Of a stretch of DNA of 35,926 nt, positions 34,530-35,926 are shown in pieces. Below the pieces are notes generated by a model, which made no database searches, had not been told where the DNA came from, and was given only the letters and a program-made list of their open reading frames with translations. Where the stretch lies: contig JAMPBI010000002.1 in the NCBI GenBank assembly GCA_023666775.1, forward strand, positions 1 through 35,926, in the 5' to 3' direction. Both the position numbers and the translations under genes were made by a program. This stretch comes from Alistipes sp. GTDB taxonomy: Bacteria; Bacillota; Clostridia; Lachnospirales; Lachnospiraceae. How positions within the stretch are numbered: the first letter of the stretch is position 1; every line of letters begins with the position of its first letter.

Positions 34530-34906
34530 TGGGCGAGCTGGTACAGTGGGAATTACAGTATGTATCCGTAACGATCACGGTCGGGATAGGGCTGGCCGTT
34601 CTGTATGACTGTCTGCGCATATGGAGGCGGCTGATCCCTCACGGGGTGATCTGGCTGTCCGCGGAGGATATTTTATTCTGGATGACGGCGGCGCTTATTA
34701 CTTTTATGGTGTGTTTTACGGAGGACGCGGGAAATATCCGCTGGTTTGCCGTGGCGGGGGAAGTTCTCGGCGCGTTAATGTATCATTACACCGTAGGGCG
34801 TGTTTTCGTGAAGTATGTTTCTTTTATTTTGCTTACGCCGTTTCGAATTATAAAAAAAGCATTGAAAAAACTGTCCGAATCCTTTAGAATAGGTCATAAC
34901 AGATAA
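34526..34906 (+). CDS. yabQ: Spore cortex biosynthesis protein YabQ (membrane)
   Basis: The start (GTG 34526 or ATG 34529) overlaps the yabP stop. LAVLYDCLRIWRRLIPHG...EDILFW is YabQ-like. Several TM helices are present. Confidence 0.8.
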   Translation: MMGELVQWELQYVSVTITVGIGLAVLYDCLRIWRRLIPHGVIWLSAEDILFWMTAALITFMVCFTEDAGNIRWFAVAGEVLGALMYHYTVGRVFVKYVSFILLTPFRIIKKALKKLSESFRIGHNR

Positions 34907-34925
34907 AGTCAGGAGATGACGGAAG

Positions 34926-35225
34926 ATGACGAAGAGGAGAAAACAGAGAGTATTCAATCTTGCGGGGTATATCGCGATATTTGCCGTTGTTATTACGATT
35001 GCCGTAGTAACGTGGGTTCGGGGTATGTCGCTTCAGAAACAGCTTGACGCTTATGACGTAAGGCAGGAACAGCTCGATTCTTTGATCGAGCAGGAAGAGA
35101 ACAGGACGATCCAGATCGAGGAACGCAAGAAATATATGCAGACCAAGCAGTATATCGAAGATGTCGCAAGGGAGAAGGTTGGATTGGTTTATCCCGATGA
35201 GATCATGTTCAAGTCCAACAAGTAA
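34926..35225 (+). CDS. divIC: Septum formation initiator family protein (DivIC/FtsB)
   Basis: A short basic N-terminus is followed by a single TM helix, a coiled coil and KYIEDVAREKVGLVYPDEIMF, the typical DivIC/FtsB C-terminal motif. Confidence 0.85.
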   Translation: MTKRRKQRVFNLAGYIAIFAVVITIAVVTWVRGMSLQKQLDAYDVRQEQLDSLIEQEENRTIQIEERKKYMQTKQYIEDVAREKVGLVYPDEIMFKSNK

Positions 35226-35240
35226 ATTTTTTCGCTGTTT

Positions 35241-35272
35241 TAAGACCTTGATCGGGTTCAGGGTCTTTTTTG
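35241..35272 (+). terminator. Rho-independent terminator after divIC
   Basis: AAGACCTTGA-TCGGGT-TCAGGGTCTT forms a 10-bp stem with one G-U pair, followed by a T6 run. Confidence 0.7.
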
Positions 35273-35295
35273 GTTTCATAGGAAATATGTCCGTT

Positions 35296-35384
35296 TGTCG
35301 AACGATTTTTAAGTTTGGCGCGCTGTTTTGACATTTTTTTAACGCCTCCGAGGTTATAATGGTAAAGTTAGTGAAAATGGCGAA
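35296..35384 (+). promoter_or_regulatory. spoIIE-type promoter: Spo0A box TGTCGAA, TTGACA-21 nt-TATAAT, and a second 0A-like box TGGCGAA downstream
   Basis: TGTCGAA lies at 35296-35302, TTGACA at 35328-35333 and TATAAT at 35355-35360. The spacer 35334-35354 is 21 nt by hand count. TGGCGAA lies at 35378-35384. Confidence 0.45.
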
Positions 35385-35465
35385 ACGGGGTGAAGTTTTT
35401 TGGAAAAATATAATCTGGCATATACAGGGGAACATTTGGAAAATTCGGCAAAAGTTCTTGAAAAA

Positions 35466-35926
35466 ATGGCGGATATTTATGAAAAGCTTTCGGACCGGTA
35501 TCACAGTTCGGAAGTTTCCGGCTCCGTCATTGTCCAATTGAGGGAGATCGCGCGGCTGGTCATGGAATTTACCGGCGCGTACAGCAGGGAAGTTGAGCCT
35601 GACAAGCAGGTTTATGAAGAGATTGAAAAGAACCTCGACAGACGGGGGATCCGGCTTGGGGACATGCGCGTCATTGAGCGCGGCGACGGAACAAAGGAAT
35701 ACTATCTCCGTCTGAAGACATATAAGAATAAATGTCCTACAACCAGGGAAGTCGCGGGGTTATTGTCGGAAATTCTCGGGACAGGCGTTGTCCCGGAGGA
35801 AAACAACCGCGTAATGCTGAACGGAAATTTTAACGAGTATATTTTTGCGGAATGTGGAAGATTTCAGATCATATATGGCGTGGCGAGGCGAAATAAAGCG
35901 GGAAACGTAATTTCGGGGGATACATA
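35466..35926 (+). CDS. spoIIE: SpoIIE-family PP2C phosphatase, 5' part only (runs off the window); not in the supplied ORF track because no stop is reached
   Basis: My own translation from ATG 35466 gives MADIYEKLSDRY...EYYLRLKTYKNKCPTTREVAGLLSEILGTGVVPEE...ECGRFQIIYGVARRNKAGNVISGDT. The last segment matches the SpoIIE GVAxxxKxGxxxSGDxY entry into the PP2C domain. The frame is open from 35394, and TTG 35400 is an alternative start. Confidence 0.6.
   Translation, partial: MADIYEKLSDRYHSSEVSGSVIVQLREIARLVMEFTGAYSREVEPDKQVYEEIEKNLDRRGIRLGDMRVIERGDGTKEYYLRLKTYKNKCPTTREVAGLLSEILGTGVVPEENNRVMLNGNFNEYIFAECGRFQIIYGVARRNKAGNVISGDT

Noticed and set aside
34884-35537. A 217-aa minus-strand ORF covering divIC, its terminator and the spoIIE-type promoter, together with the 60-aa basic + strand ORF at 35359-35541.
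   Set aside because: The minus-strand ORF overlaps a confidently identified divIC and a terminator hairpin. The 60-aa ORF is in a different frame from the one that continues without a stop into the SpoIIE PP2C motif, and it begins inside the promoter -10 region.

Overview
All credible genes in this 35.9-kb window are on the + strand. Gene content points to a spore-forming Firmicute, probably Clostridia or Lachnospiraceae-like; the taxon is inference. No rRNA, tRNA, CRISPR array, transposase or integrase was seen.

(1) Positions 1 to about 16.3 kb are a visibly AT-rich cell-wall or surface polysaccharide locus. It encodes an XAT-type acetyltransferase, a methyltransferase, two GT2 glycosyltransferases, glf (UDP-galactopyranose mutase), a GT-C membrane glycosyltransferase and an internally duplicated AT3 acyltransferase. 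The GT-C gene is split into two ORFs at a G7 homopolymer. Three consecutive secreted wall-active enzymes sit among these genes: a TIM-barrel hydrolase-like protein, a transglutaminase-like protein and an SH3b-GH73-like protein. All three end in the same 22-residue aromatic repeat anchor.

The most interesting element lies inside this operon, between a GT2 gene and glf. It is a translationally coupled three-gene cassette (3977-5636): a RelA/SpoT-homologue (small alarmone synthetase fold) protein plus two unrecognisable small proteins. This is a candidate toxSAS-type toxin-antitoxin or defence module.

(2) Positions 16.4 to 29 kb are more GC-rich. They encode a ManC-like/cupin/ManA triple fusion, an M6-like secreted metalloprotease with propeller-like repeats, a canonical manC, a large polytopic membrane protein, glmM, a low-complexity anchored protein, galE and a C-terminally truncated glmU-like gene.

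(3) Positions 29 to 35.9 kb carry the conserved Bacillus/Clostridium block pth-mfd-spoVT-yabO-yabP-yabQ-divIC. It is followed by a Spo0A-box promoter with a 21-nt spacer and the 5' part of a SpoIIE-family phosphatase that lacks an N-terminal membrane domain.

Other points worth a second look are five in-frame G7 tracts in surface-structure genes, perfect 66-bp tandem duplications, and an SD-sequestering hairpin before yabP.
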